Assembly (NCBI GenBank): GCA_041493035.1
Contig: JBGPYB010000002.1
Coordinates: 29,087-93,086, forward strand
Direction: 5' to 3'
Source: Vicinamibacteria bacterium
GTDB lineage: Bacteria > Acidobacteriota > Vicinamibacteria > Fen-336
Length of the DNA stretch: 64,000 nt
Every line of letters begins with the position of its first letter. Positions within the stretch are counted from its first letter, which is position 1. The translations under genes were made by a program, and so were the position numbers. The notes under the pieces were generated by a model, which did no database searches, had not been told where the DNA came from, and saw only the letters and a program-made list of their open reading frames with translations. Shown piece by piece: positions 28,661 through 37,302 of the stretch.

Positions 28661-28949
28661 CTACCGGAAGTTCTCGATCAGCATCAGATCGCTGCCCTCG
28701 CCAACCAGCTTCATGGGGAAGCCACGCAATCGATCACCGTTCGCTCCGGACCTCCGGAAACAGGCACCGCCAATAGCGGCGGCTCCGCACCGTTCCCCAA
28801 GAAGAACAGCGCCTTGCCGTCGGCAGCCTCGTACGCGAGATGACCCTCCGCGTGCGGGACGGCCCAGCGCCCAGAAGGGAGAGAACCTCGTAAGGCCCGA
28901 ACTTCGACCCCGGGGCGATCACGTTCGGAGGCCTGGCCGCCTTCTGCAA
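28661..28949 (-). pseudogene. Internally deleted remnant of a paralogous Ser/Thr-kinase/PD40 gene (5' end fused to 3' end)
   Basis: Region 28870-28949 mirrors the kinase 5' end (MQKAARPPNVIAPGSKFGPYEVLSLLGAG, against MALTLGSKLGSYDVLSLLGAG). Region 28711-28860 mirrors the C-terminal propeller segment (KALFFLGNGAEPPLLAVPVSGGPERTVIDCV, against QTLFFSRGLEASPLLALPLAGGPERRVVECV). Region 28661-28720 is repeat copy C with its TAG. The frames are broken. Confidence 0.55.
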
Positions 28950-29005
28950 CCGCCCCCGCCGAGCGCACGAGGAGCGCAGCGCTCGGACAGGCCCTTCGCT
29001 AGTCG

Positions 29006-29425
29006 CTATAGCCGCGCCGCTCGCGCCACGGCATCGAGGAAGAGTCGAAGCGCGGGAAGGCCTGGACGCGACTCCTGGTGTACGCGCCTGTAGTCGACCA
29101 TGGCGTATCCATGGGCGATGCGATTCCGCAGCCCGGTGGCTGCGCGCAAGGCATCGGCCGTTGGGCGGTCGATAACGCCACGATCGGCCAGAACGTCGAA
29201 GGCTGAGCCGGCGTCGTCGGGAGGGGTCCAGCCTTCATCCGCCACCCAGTGGGCCGCGAGATCGATGCACTCTTGGATCGCAAGGAAGACGTAGAAAAGC
29301 GCGAGGTCTCGGCCGCTCCGGTCGGCGACAAAGTCCTCGGGCGGGCGTGCCAGGAGCGCCTCCGCGTCATTCAGCCACGCGTGTGCTCGGGCGATGCGCG
29401 CGGCCGCAACGTCACGGCGTACCAT
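29006..29425 (-). CDS. hepT: HepT-like (DUF86) toxin of a HepT/MNT toxin-antitoxin pair
   Basis: The Rx4HxY motif GLRNRIAHGY is present. The product is 139 aa and overlaps the MNT gene by 14 nt. Confidence 0.8.
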   Translation of the reverse strand: MVRRDVAAARIARAHAWLNDAEALLARPPEDFVADRSGRDLALFYVFLAIQECIDLAAHWVADEGWTPPDDAGSAFDVLADRGVIDRPTADALRAATGLRNRIAHGYAMVDYRRVHQESRPGLPALRLFLDAVARAARL

Positions 29426-29816
29426 GCCCGGCCCCCTCTCGAACGCGTCGCACTGCGGAGGCGTGGAGCCGGCGGGCGAGGGGAGCCCAGTCCCACCAGT
29501 CGAGCATCGCGCGCGCCTTGAAGTCGGCCCAGGAGTGGGGAACCCTCTCGACGAGGGTGCGCCCGTCGCGGGCGATCTCGAAGCGCAGGAGTGGCGGGGC
29601 TTCGTCGAGGAAGACGAGATCGACGTGGCGGCGGGTGGCGCGACTCAAGGCGACCTCGAACGACGCGGCCGGGCGACTGCCCGGTTCGAAAAGAACACCG
29701 ACGTCAAGGTCGCTGGCCTCCTTGCTCGCGCCCCGCGCTGTTGAGCCGAAGAGGACGGCGAGACGGACCCCCGGCGTCGCCTCCAGCACGCCGCGCAGCG
29801 ACTCCTCAGGTGTCAT
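29412..29816 (-). CDS. mnt: MNT-type nucleotidyltransferase antitoxin
   Basis: The nucleotidyltransferase motif reads LAVLFGSTARG ... SDLDVGV. Start at MTPEESLRGV. Confidence 0.8.
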   Translation of the reverse strand: MTPEESLRGVLEATPGVRLAVLFGSTARGASKEASDLDVGVLFEPGSRPAASFEVALSRATRRHVDLVFLDEAPPLLRFEIARDGRTLVERVPHSWADFKARAMLDWWDWAPLARRLHASAVRRVREGAGHGTP

Positions 29817-29889
29817 TTGCTGGCCGATTCTAGCACCGCGCGGAGAGGGGCTCCTGCCGGTTACGAGTTGTCGACCCGCCTCGGCTCGA

Positions 29890-32850
29890 TCAGAAGCCGA
29901 GACGGGCTTGCAACTCGATCCTGCGGTTCCCACCAGCGCCGCCGCCGCTGCCGAAGCCGCCGGCGGTGGAGAGGGACTGGCCGAAGAGCAGCGACGTGAG
30001 GTTGCCCACGGGCGTCGAGGGGTTGACGTGGTTCAGCAGGTTCTGGGCGAAGATGGAGATGGTGAGCCCCTTTCCGCCGCCGCCCTCGTCACCGCGTCCT
30101 CGACCACCGCCGCCGAAGCCCCCCGGTCCCCCGAAGCCGGGGCCGCCCCCCCCAGGGCCACCCGGGCCGCCAGGAGGCGCCGGTGCGGCAAGGCCCTTGC
30201 CGAAGGTGAGGGTCTTGCTGATGCGCAGGTTGACCACCGCGAACCCGGGGCCCACGCCGAGGTTCCTCGGGATGATCGCTTCGCCCGCGACCGGATCCGG
30301 ATCCAGGAGGCCATAAGGCGTCTGAACGACTCCGGGTTTGTCGGGATCGTCGGCGAAGGCCGGCCGATCGGTGAACACGCTGTCGAGGTTCAGATCGCGA
30401 CCGATGGTGATGTTGTAGGGCCGGCCGGTGGAGAGGATGACGAAGGGGCTGATTCGCACACCCCAGGGACCGGTGACGTTGCCTCCCAGGGTCACGCGGT
30501 GTCGCATGTCGTTCCCGGCCCGGCCGTACTCGCCCTTCAGATCGTACTGGTTGGCTGGGAAGCTCGATGAGCCGTCGGTGTCGCTCTTCGCCCAAGAGAG
30601 AAAGTACCGGACAAAGACGGTCAGCTTCTTGCTCAGTCGGTTGTTGATGCCGAGGATCCACTGATACTGGTTGAGGCGCCCGGCCGACTCGACCTGATAG
30701 ACGTCCCCGGCGGCCACGCCGAGGGGACGCGCTCCGTCCGCCAGGGGCGCGTTGATGTTCCGGGAACGGAGCTGCCTCCGTCCCTGAGCGGCGATGAGCG
30801 TCCCCGAGACGGTGAAGTTGCCGGGAAGCTGCCGCTCGAGGCTCAAGGACGATTGGAGCGTGTACGACGCTTGGAGGTCCGGCGCCACGTGCCACGTGGC
30901 CTGCGGGATCGCGAAGGCCTCCAGCTCCTCCACGGACGGCACCCCTGAGACGCTGCCGTCCGCGGCGAACCCGAGCTGGTCGAGGACGGCCGGTTGCATC
31001 ACGACGTACTGAGACGTCGAGACACCGTTGAACCGGTTGGCCCGAAGGGTGAGGTCTTCGCCGAAGCGGTCGTAGAAGATGCCGAAGCCCCCGCGGACGA
31101 CGGTGCGCGCCTGCCCCTGGGCGTTCTTGGGTCCGGCCGACCAGGCGAAGCCGAGACGCGGAGCAAAGTTCAAGTGGCTCTCGATGTTGTCCTGCGTCTC
31201 ATAGCGCAGCCCCGCGCTCACGAGGAGGTCCGGCGTGGCGTGCCAGTCGTCCTGGACGAAGGGGGCCACGTCCCACTGAGTCACCTTCGCGTCGGGGTCT
31301 CCGCCCACGATCTGAAGCTGGCTCGCACCACCTCCCAGGGCACGAATCGCCGCGGGGGAGAGGCCCAGGCCCTGGAGGACGATGGTGCGGCGATAGCGCT
31401 CCATGCTCGTGACGGGGACGAAGACCGGATTGCCGTCGGGGCCCGCGACGAGCTGGTTGTTCGCGTCGAGCTTGGGACCGAACCCCCCGGAGAAGACCAC
31501 GGTCCCGCCGAACCCCTGCCGGGCCAGGTCGTCCACGTCCACGGTGCGAAGGCGAAACCCGGCCCGCAGCGAATGCTTTCCGCTCGCCCACGAAGTCACG
31601 CTCTGCAACTCCCAGCGCCTCTGATCGTTGAAGGAGGGCCCCAGCGGGGATCCGCCCCCCGTGAAAGCGTCCTGGACCTGGAGGGTCGGCACGGAGTCGT
31701 CCCCCTCCCTGGTCTGGCGCTCCTTGAAATAGCGGAGGCGCGTTTCGCTGATCACCTTCCCGTAGACGGCGGTTTCCGTGAGCTGCAACGTGTGCTGCCG
31801 ATCGGTGGTGTCGTAGCCCCGGGACGGGAGGGAGAAGCCCCCTACTCCCGCATCGGTCTGATCCGAGGAGGTGTAGGCGTATCGCGCGACGAGGGTATGG
31901 GAGGGACTGATCTGCCAGTCGATGCGCGGGCTCACCGTCGTCCGGTGCTGGGGCGTGACGACGGACACGGCGAGCGGGACGATCGCCAGGTCCTCGGGTT
32001 CCAGGATGGTGGCGTTGATGAGTTGGTTGTCGTCCACGTCCCGGCGCTCGAAGTCGATGACGAAGGAGGCCTTCTTCGCCACGAGGGGGCCGCTGACGTT
32101 ACCTCCCCATTCCCGGCGCTGATACGGGGGCTTGTTCTGGGCGAAGGGGTTCCGCGAGTTGAGGATGTCGTCATTGAAGCGGTACGAGGTCTCTCCACGC
32201 CACTGGTCGGTTCCGGGCTTGGTGAAGATCTCGATGCGACCGAAGCCGAGCCGGTCGTATTCCGCCGAGAAGGGGTTCGCGTTGATCCGGATCTCGCGGA
32301 TGGACGCCTTCGGAGGCATGCGGCCCCCCGTAAAGCCGTCGATGAACACCTGGCCACCGTTCGGCCCCGCGGCGGGGCCGGCAAGGGCCTGCAGCGCGTC
32401 GGCCATCTCGTCGGGATCGTCGGGAAGGGCGTCGAGGTCGTCGCCTTTGATGGTGATGGCGCCCGCGTTGTTGCTGGGATCGATGCTGAGAGCCGGGGCG
32501 GCGGAGTCGACGTTCACGGTCTCCTCGATCGCCGCGACCGCGAGCTGAATGTCGAGGTCCGTCACGCGGCCAGCCGCCACCGCGATGGCACCGCTGCCGT
32601 AGGCCTCGAATCCCCTCTTCATGACCGTGAGGGCGTAGGTCCCCGGCACCAGGCCGTCCAGTGAGTAGATCCCTTTGCCGTCGGTCCTGGTTGTTTTCGT
32701 CGCCGGTCCTGTCACGGATATTTCGGCCCCCGGCATGACACCGCCCTGAGGATCGGTCACGTGACCACGGATGCCGCCGGTGTTGGACGACTGGGCGAAG
32801 GCACCCGGAGCCGCGAGCAGGGCCACGAGCAACGCTAGAGAGGCCCTCAC
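29890..32850 (-). CDS. TonB-dependent-receptor-like outer-membrane beta-barrel with an N-terminal carboxypeptidase-regulatory-like domain
   Basis: GTG start with a signal peptide (VRASLALLVALLAAPGAFAQ). The CarbopepD_reg-like block reads IRGHVTDPQGGVMPGAEISV ... DGKGIYSLDGLVPGTYAL. A plug/barrel follows. The product is 986 aa, with a Gly-rich insert near the C-terminus. Confidence 0.8.
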   Translation of the reverse strand: MRASLALLVALLAAPGAFAQSSNTGGIRGHVTDPQGGVMPGAEISVTGPATKTTRTDGKGIYSLDGLVPGTYALTVMKRGFEAYGSGAIAVAAGRVTDLDIQLAVAAIEETVNVDSAAPALSIDPSNNAGAITIKGDDLDALPDDPDEMADALQALAGPAAGPNGGQVFIDGFTGGRMPPKASIREIRINANPFSAEYDRLGFGRIEIFTKPGTDQWRGETSYRFNDDILNSRNPFAQNKPPYQRREWGGNVSGPLVAKKASFVIDFERRDVDDNQLINATILEPEDLAIVPLAVSVVTPQHRTTVSPRIDWQISPSHTLVARYAYTSSDQTDAGVGGFSLPSRGYDTTDRQHTLQLTETAVYGKVISETRLRYFKERQTREGDDSVPTLQVQDAFTGGGSPLGPSFNDQRRWELQSVTSWASGKHSLRAGFRLRTVDVDDLARQGFGGTVVFSGGFGPKLDANNQLVAGPDGNPVFVPVTSMERYRRTIVLQGLGLSPAAIRALGGGASQLQIVGGDPDAKVTQWDVAPFVQDDWHATPDLLVSAGLRYETQDNIESHLNFAPRLGFAWSAGPKNAQGQARTVVRGGFGIFYDRFGEDLTLRANRFNGVSTSQYVVMQPAVLDQLGFAADGSVSGVPSVEELEAFAIPQATWHVAPDLQASYTLQSSLSLERQLPGNFTVSGTLIAAQGRRQLRSRNINAPLADGARPLGVAAGDVYQVESAGRLNQYQWILGINNRLSKKLTVFVRYFLSWAKSDTDGSSSFPANQYDLKGEYGRAGNDMRHRVTLGGNVTGPWGVRISPFVILSTGRPYNITIGRDLNLDSVFTDRPAFADDPDKPGVVQTPYGLLDPDPVAGEAIIPRNLGVGPGFAVVNLRISKTLTFGKGLAAPAPPGGPGGPGGGGPGFGGPGGFGGGGRGRGDEGGGGKGLTISIFAQNLLNHVNPSTPVGNLTSLLFGQSLSTAGGFGSGGGAGGNRRIELQARLGF

Positions 32851-33983
32851 TGGAGTCCCCCCATCCCGAGGTCCATGAGGTCGGCGGGGAGGCCGACCTC
32901 GGCGCCGCGGCCCATGCGACGCCCGTTGCCTGTTGGCGCCCCGGACCGCAATGCCTCGAGACCCGAGACGACAGCGATGGCGGTCACGCGGGAGACATCG
33001 CTTCCCTTGGTACCCGCGACCAGGATTCGGTCGCCCGCCTTTAGCTCCGCAAGGGTGAGAACGGGCAGACGCTCCAGCAGATCCTCGGAGCCTCCGCCTC
33101 CTTCCCGACGCGCACCCCAACCTCCGGCTCCAGGGCCTGATCCCGGCGGCCCGCCCGTTCCTTCCCGCGGTCCGGCGAGCCGCGCGGCCATCTCCGGGGG
33201 GAGCCGTCGCAGGCGGGCATCGGGCCCCACCGAGACCGAAAGGCGATCACCGGCGTCGTCGGCCTTGACCGCGAGCTCTCGCTTGGCGACATCGACCGCC
33301 ACGACGTCGCCAACGATCGTGCGGAAGGTGCCGAAGACGATCTGCTCGGCCAGGAAGGTGGTCCCGTCCTGGCTGCGATCGCCCAGTGCCCGAAGCTGGT
33401 CACCCACCTGGACCTCGCCCAAGGCGCTCGGCTTCGCGTCGCTGAACTTCACCGAGTCGGGGGCGTACCGGCGGAAGGCGATCTTCCGGTCGGCCGTCGG
33501 CAGCGCGATCGGACTGGCGGCCCCGAAGCGCCGGGGCTGGAGTGTGATCTCCCTCTTGGCCGTATCGACCGCGGTGACCGTTCCGAGGACTCCTCGCTTC
33601 CGCCAGTCCGCCTGCTCGGCTTCCCGCTTCTGGGAGATGTCCCCCTTGGTCATCACCACGACCTGCCGCGCCGCGAGAGTGGTCTTGTCGTCGGAGAGGC
33701 GACCACGGACTAGGACCCTGTCGCCGAGCGCCAGCTCCTCGAGAGAGACGGGGCTCGCGTCGGTCAGGCTCGTGGCTCCGGGCTGCGCCCGCAGCAAGGA
33801 CGCGCCTTCGCCGATCGTGATCACGACGGCGCCGCCGGTATCCGGCTTCAGCGTGAGCTGGCGATGATCGATCGCCGTCACCTCGCCCACGACCGAGTCG
33901 GCCTTCCGTGGAGCGGTCTGGGCGGACGCCCAGACGGAGAGAATCAGAAGGAGAGGAGCCACGAAGACCTTGGATAGACGCAC
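32847..33983 (-). CDS. Secreted protein with four internal repeats (DUF5666-like)
   Basis: A signal peptide is followed by repeats of about 70 aa built on GxVTAvDxxxRELtLkpd. A Gly-rich segment is present. A GTGA overlap joins it to the downstream receptor gene. Confidence 0.6.
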   Translation of the reverse strand: MRLSKVFVAPLLLILSVWASAQTAPRKADSVVGEVTAIDHRQLTLKPDTGGAVVITIGEGASLLRAQPGATSLTDASPVSLEELALGDRVLVRGRLSDDKTTLAARQVVVMTKGDISQKREAEQADWRKRGVLGTVTAVDTAKREITLQPRRFGAASPIALPTADRKIAFRRYAPDSVKFSDAKPSALGEVQVGDQLRALGDRSQDGTTFLAEQIVFGTFRTIVGDVVAVDVAKRELAVKADDAGDRLSVSVGPDARLRRLPPEMAARLAGPREGTGGPPGSGPGAGGWGARREGGGGSEDLLERLPVLTLAELKAGDRILVAGTKGSDVSRVTAIAVVSGLEALRSGAPTGNGRRMGRGAEVGLPADLMDLGMGGLQ

Positions 33984-34140
33984 GAAGAAACCGCCTCCAA
34001 CCCCCCCACGGCATTAGAGCACATTTGTGGCTGAAGGGTTGAGGCTCCATCGGTGGACAAGCCCGCTGCGCTGACATAGGCTCGTTTCTGACGAGCTTGC
34101 AGCCGAGATCGCGTCGCTCACCCATCCCCCGCCCTTCCCA

Positions 34141-35751
34141 ATGATGTTGACCCCCTTCGCCCTCGCACTTCTCCTCGCGTCCGACGCGGACGCGACCCAG
34201 GCTGAGACGCCGCGCGTCCAGGAGATCGACATCCGCGGCGCCGCGGCCTTCGGCCGAGAAGAGGTGCTGGGGTTCATTCGCCTTCAGCCCGGCGCGCCGC
34301 TACGACGGGAGCCCCCGGCCATCGCCGCGGGCCTGGAGAGACGCTACCGGATCTCGGGCTACCCTGGGGCGCGCGTCGCCGCCTCGTTCGACGAGAACGC
34401 CGGCCGCCTCACGTTGGAGGTCGAAGAGGGACACCTGGTCGAAGTCTCCGTCGAGGGGTTGGAGGGATCAGCGCGTCAACGGGCCTCGAGGGTGCTCGGA
34501 TTCGAGGTCGGACGTGTCCTGCGGGAAGGGGACATCTGGGCGGCCGTGGCTCGTCTCGAGAAAGCCTCGGAGGGGACCGTCAAGCTCTCCGGTGATCCCC
34601 CATGGACCGTCGAGCCCGTGCCGGACGGCGCCCGCTTCGTGATCCACCTCGCGAGCACGCCCGCGCGGTTCGGCTTGGGCCTCTGGTCCCCTCGGGTTCA
34701 GGGCCGGCACGATCGGGTGGACGGCTATTCCGCTGGCCTGAGTTCGGAGCTGGTGCTGACCAACGCCTCGTCCTATGACCACCTTCGCCTGAAGGCGGCG
34801 GCCTCTTACGCCTTCGGCTCGAAGCGGCTGCGCTACACCCTGGGCTTCCACAAGCCCTTCTGGGCCGGGCGCGTTGGCGTCGGCTACGAGTACCACGACC
34901 TCACGGACAGCGAAGACTCGTTTCGTCGTGTCGGTCTGGAGGAAGTTCCCGGCGACAGCATCAACACCAAGGACCCCGACGACTTCTTTCGCCGCCTCGG
35001 TCACGAGGCTTACGCCTTCGCCCGCCTCGACGGTCGAACGCAGGTGGGAGCAGCGTTTCGGAGCGACGGGTATGGGAGCCTCACCACCCACTCGGCGGAT
35101 GACGAGCCCAACCCGCGCGTCGAGGAGGGGAGGATGCGCTCGATCGTCGGAACGATTCAATTCGCATCGCGAGGTGATCTCTTTCCCACGCCGAAGGTCG
35201 AACGAGAATCGTTTCTCCTTCCGAACCTGTATTCGGGCCCCGCGCTCAAGCCTGGGCGATTCCGCGCCGAGGCGACCTTCGAGGTCTCTCGCCCCGGTCT
35301 CGGCAGCGATTTCGATTTCTCCCGCCTCATCGTTCGACTCCGCGTCCACCGCCCGTTCGCGCATCGGTCCCGATTCGACGCGGTCACCTACGCCGGCCTC
35401 TCCGAGGGAGCGCCCCCCCTGCCGAAGCGCTTCTTCCTCGGAGGCCTCGGAACGCTGCGAGGGTTCGGCAAGAAGCAGTTCACCGGCAAGAATATGATGA
35501 TGACGTCACTCGAGTGGGCCTGGCTTCCGTTGTCGCGGTTCGTCCCGGCCCTCGTCCCGTTCTACGATGGTGGCGCCCTTTGGGGGGGCGATGCGGTCGC
35601 CACCGGCTGGAAGCACGACGCCGGCCTCGGCCTGCGCTGGCCCCAGCTGGCCCCGGTCTTCGCGCGGGTGGACGCAGCGGTGCCCTTCAACCCCGATCCC
35701 GGGCAGGCCCGCACGGTTCAGTGGAACTTGAGGATCCAGATCCCGTTCTGA
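34141..35751 (+). CDS. Omp85/BamA-TamA family outer-membrane protein (POTRA + surface-antigen barrel)
   Basis: A signal peptide and a POTRA-like segment (VQEIDIRGAAAFGREEVLGFIRLQPGAP) are followed by a C-terminal barrel with FFLGGLGTLRGF and a terminal ...IQIPF. Confidence 0.7.
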   Translation: MMLTPFALALLLASDADATQAETPRVQEIDIRGAAAFGREEVLGFIRLQPGAPLRREPPAIAAGLERRYRISGYPGARVAASFDENAGRLTLEVEEGHLVEVSVEGLEGSARQRASRVLGFEVGRVLREGDIWAAVARLEKASEGTVKLSGDPPWTVEPVPDGARFVIHLASTPARFGLGLWSPRVQGRHDRVDGYSAGLSSELVLTNASSYDHLRLKAAASYAFGSKRLRYTLGFHKPFWAGRVGVGYEYHDLTDSEDSFRRVGLEEVPGDSINTKDPDDFFRRLGHEAYAFARLDGRTQVGAAFRSDGYGSLTTHSADDEPNPRVEEGRMRSIVGTIQFASRGDLFPTPKVERESFLLPNLYSGPALKPGRFRAEATFEVSRPGLGSDFDFSRLIVRLRVHRPFAHRSRFDAVTYAGLSEGAPPLPKRFFLGGLGTLRGFGKKQFTGKNMMMTSLEWAWLPLSRFVPALVPFYDGGALWGGDAVATGWKHDAGLGLRWPQLAPVFARVDAAVPFNPDPGQARTVQWNLRIQIPF

Positions 35752-36542
35752 TGCTCGGCGCCGCCTTCGTCCTTCTCACCGCCACTTCGAGCTCCGCGTC
35801 TCTTCCCGACGGCAACGAGTACGTCCGCGTCCTCGTCGACAAGCAGAAGCGCCGCGAAGAGGCCCTGAACCACTACACCTACGATGTCGAGCAACTCCTG
35901 GAGGAGTTGGACGGCAAGGGCGCGGTCACGAGCCGCAAGGTCCGGCGATACGAAATCTTCTACGTGAAGGGGGAACCGCTCCAGAAGCTCGTGGCCGAGG
36001 ACGGGCGGCCCCTCTCGAGCGGGGCGCAAGAAGCCGAAGAGGCGCGGGTCCGGGACAAGGTCGCCGGGGCGGTGAAGACCCGCGTCAACCTGAACGACCC
36101 CGGTGTGCGCCTCTCGGCGATCCTGGAACGCTACGACTTCCGGACTACCGGCCGCGAGGACCTCGACGCCTGGCCGGCACTCGTTCTCGAGTTCACACCC
36201 CGACCAGGAAGACGCGACCTCGAGGGAGATGTCGTCCTGCGCAGCCTGGGCGGACGCATCTGGGTGGACGAAGCCGAGAAGGAAGTCGTCCGAGCCGAGG
36301 TGAAGAACACGGGCGACATCAAGTTCGCTTTCGGAATCGGGGCGACCGTCTCCGGTCTGGCCTTCACCATCGACTTTCGAAAGATCGAGGACGGGCTGTG
36401 GCTCCCGGCCCGGGTCGAGGCGACGGCCGAGGCGCGCGTGCTGCTGATGAAGGGCTTTCGTGGGCGAACGACCTCGATCTTCAGCCGCTACAAACGCTTC
36501 GAGGCGGCTTCGGAGGAGAACGTGAAGCCGCCGGCGCCCTGA
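35751..36542 (+). CDS. Secreted hypothetical protein (LolA-like / DUF4292-like fold suspected)
   Basis: Its ATG overlaps the Omp85 stop by 1 nt. The signal peptide is MLGAAFVLLTATSSSA. The product is 263 aa. Confidence 0.5.
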   Translation: MLGAAFVLLTATSSSASLPDGNEYVRVLVDKQKRREEALNHYTYDVEQLLEELDGKGAVTSRKVRRYEIFYVKGEPLQKLVAEDGRPLSSGAQEAEEARVRDKVAGAVKTRVNLNDPGVRLSAILERYDFRTTGREDLDAWPALVLEFTPRPGRRDLEGDVVLRSLGGRIWVDEAEKEVVRAEVKNTGDIKFAFGIGATVSGLAFTIDFRKIEDGLWLPARVEATAEARVLLMKGFRGRTTSIFSRYKRFEAASEENVKPPAP

Positions 36543-37249
36543 TCGAGCCGGCTCGCGGCTTCGGGATCCACGAGAACGAGGACACGGCGCGCCCCGCGCA
36601 TGGCGAGCGCCACGGGAAGGGGCGACGACGCATCGTGGAATGCCTCGCGGAGAACCGCCGCCTTGCTCGTTCCGAACGCGGCGATCACAAGCAGCCCCGC
36701 GGCCTGCACGACCGGAAGCGTCAGCGTCAGGCGTGCCGGCGGGGGCTTGGGAGAGTCAGCGACGAAGACGACCAAACGCTCGCGCTCCTGGAGCAGCCGG
36801 TGACCGGGGAACAGAGAGCAGATATGGCCGTCGGGCCCCACGCCCAGCAGGACCACGTCCAGTCGTGGCGGCGTTCCCAGAGCCTGCGTCAACGTCACGG
36901 CGTAGGCCTCGGCGGCCCGCTCCGGATCGGGCGCGTCGGCCTCCATGCGGTGGATTCGCCCAGCGGGAACGCCCGCCGGCTCGAGCCAGAGCCGCTGGGC
37001 CAGGCCGAAGTTGGACTCGGGATCGGAGGGCGGGAGCGCCCGCTCGTCGCACCAGAAGAACTCGGCCCGGGACCAATCGACAGGCACCTTGGCCAGTCGC
37101 GGGAAGAACGTGGTTCCGACCGATCCGCCGGAGAGAGCCACCGCCACTCGTCCCCGAGACTCGATGGCGAGCCGCGCCTCTTCTTCGAACCGCAGGGACA
37201 GTGCTTCGGCGAGGGCGCCGGGCTTGTCAATGATGATCTCCGGTGCCAT
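36488..37249 (-). CDS. pgl: 6-phosphogluconolactonase
   Basis: The conserved motifs are VALSGGS, DWSRAEFFWCDERALPPSDPESN and LGVGPDGHICSLFPG. Confidence 0.85.
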   Translation of the reverse strand: MAPEIIIDKPGALAEALSLRFEEEARLAIESRGRVAVALSGGSVGTTFFPRLAKVPVDWSRAEFFWCDERALPPSDPESNFGLAQRLWLEPAGVPAGRIHRMEADAPDPERAAEAYAVTLTQALGTPPRLDVVLLGVGPDGHICSLFPGHRLLQERERLVVFVADSPKPPPARLTLTLPVVQAAGLLVIAAFGTSKAAVLREAFHDASSPLPVALAMRGARRVLVLVDPEAASRLDQGAGGFTFSSEAASKRL

Positions 37250-37302
37250 AGTTTCGGTCCCGCGTGAACGGTACTACAGATCTCAGCCAAGGGAGCCGCG
37301 TC

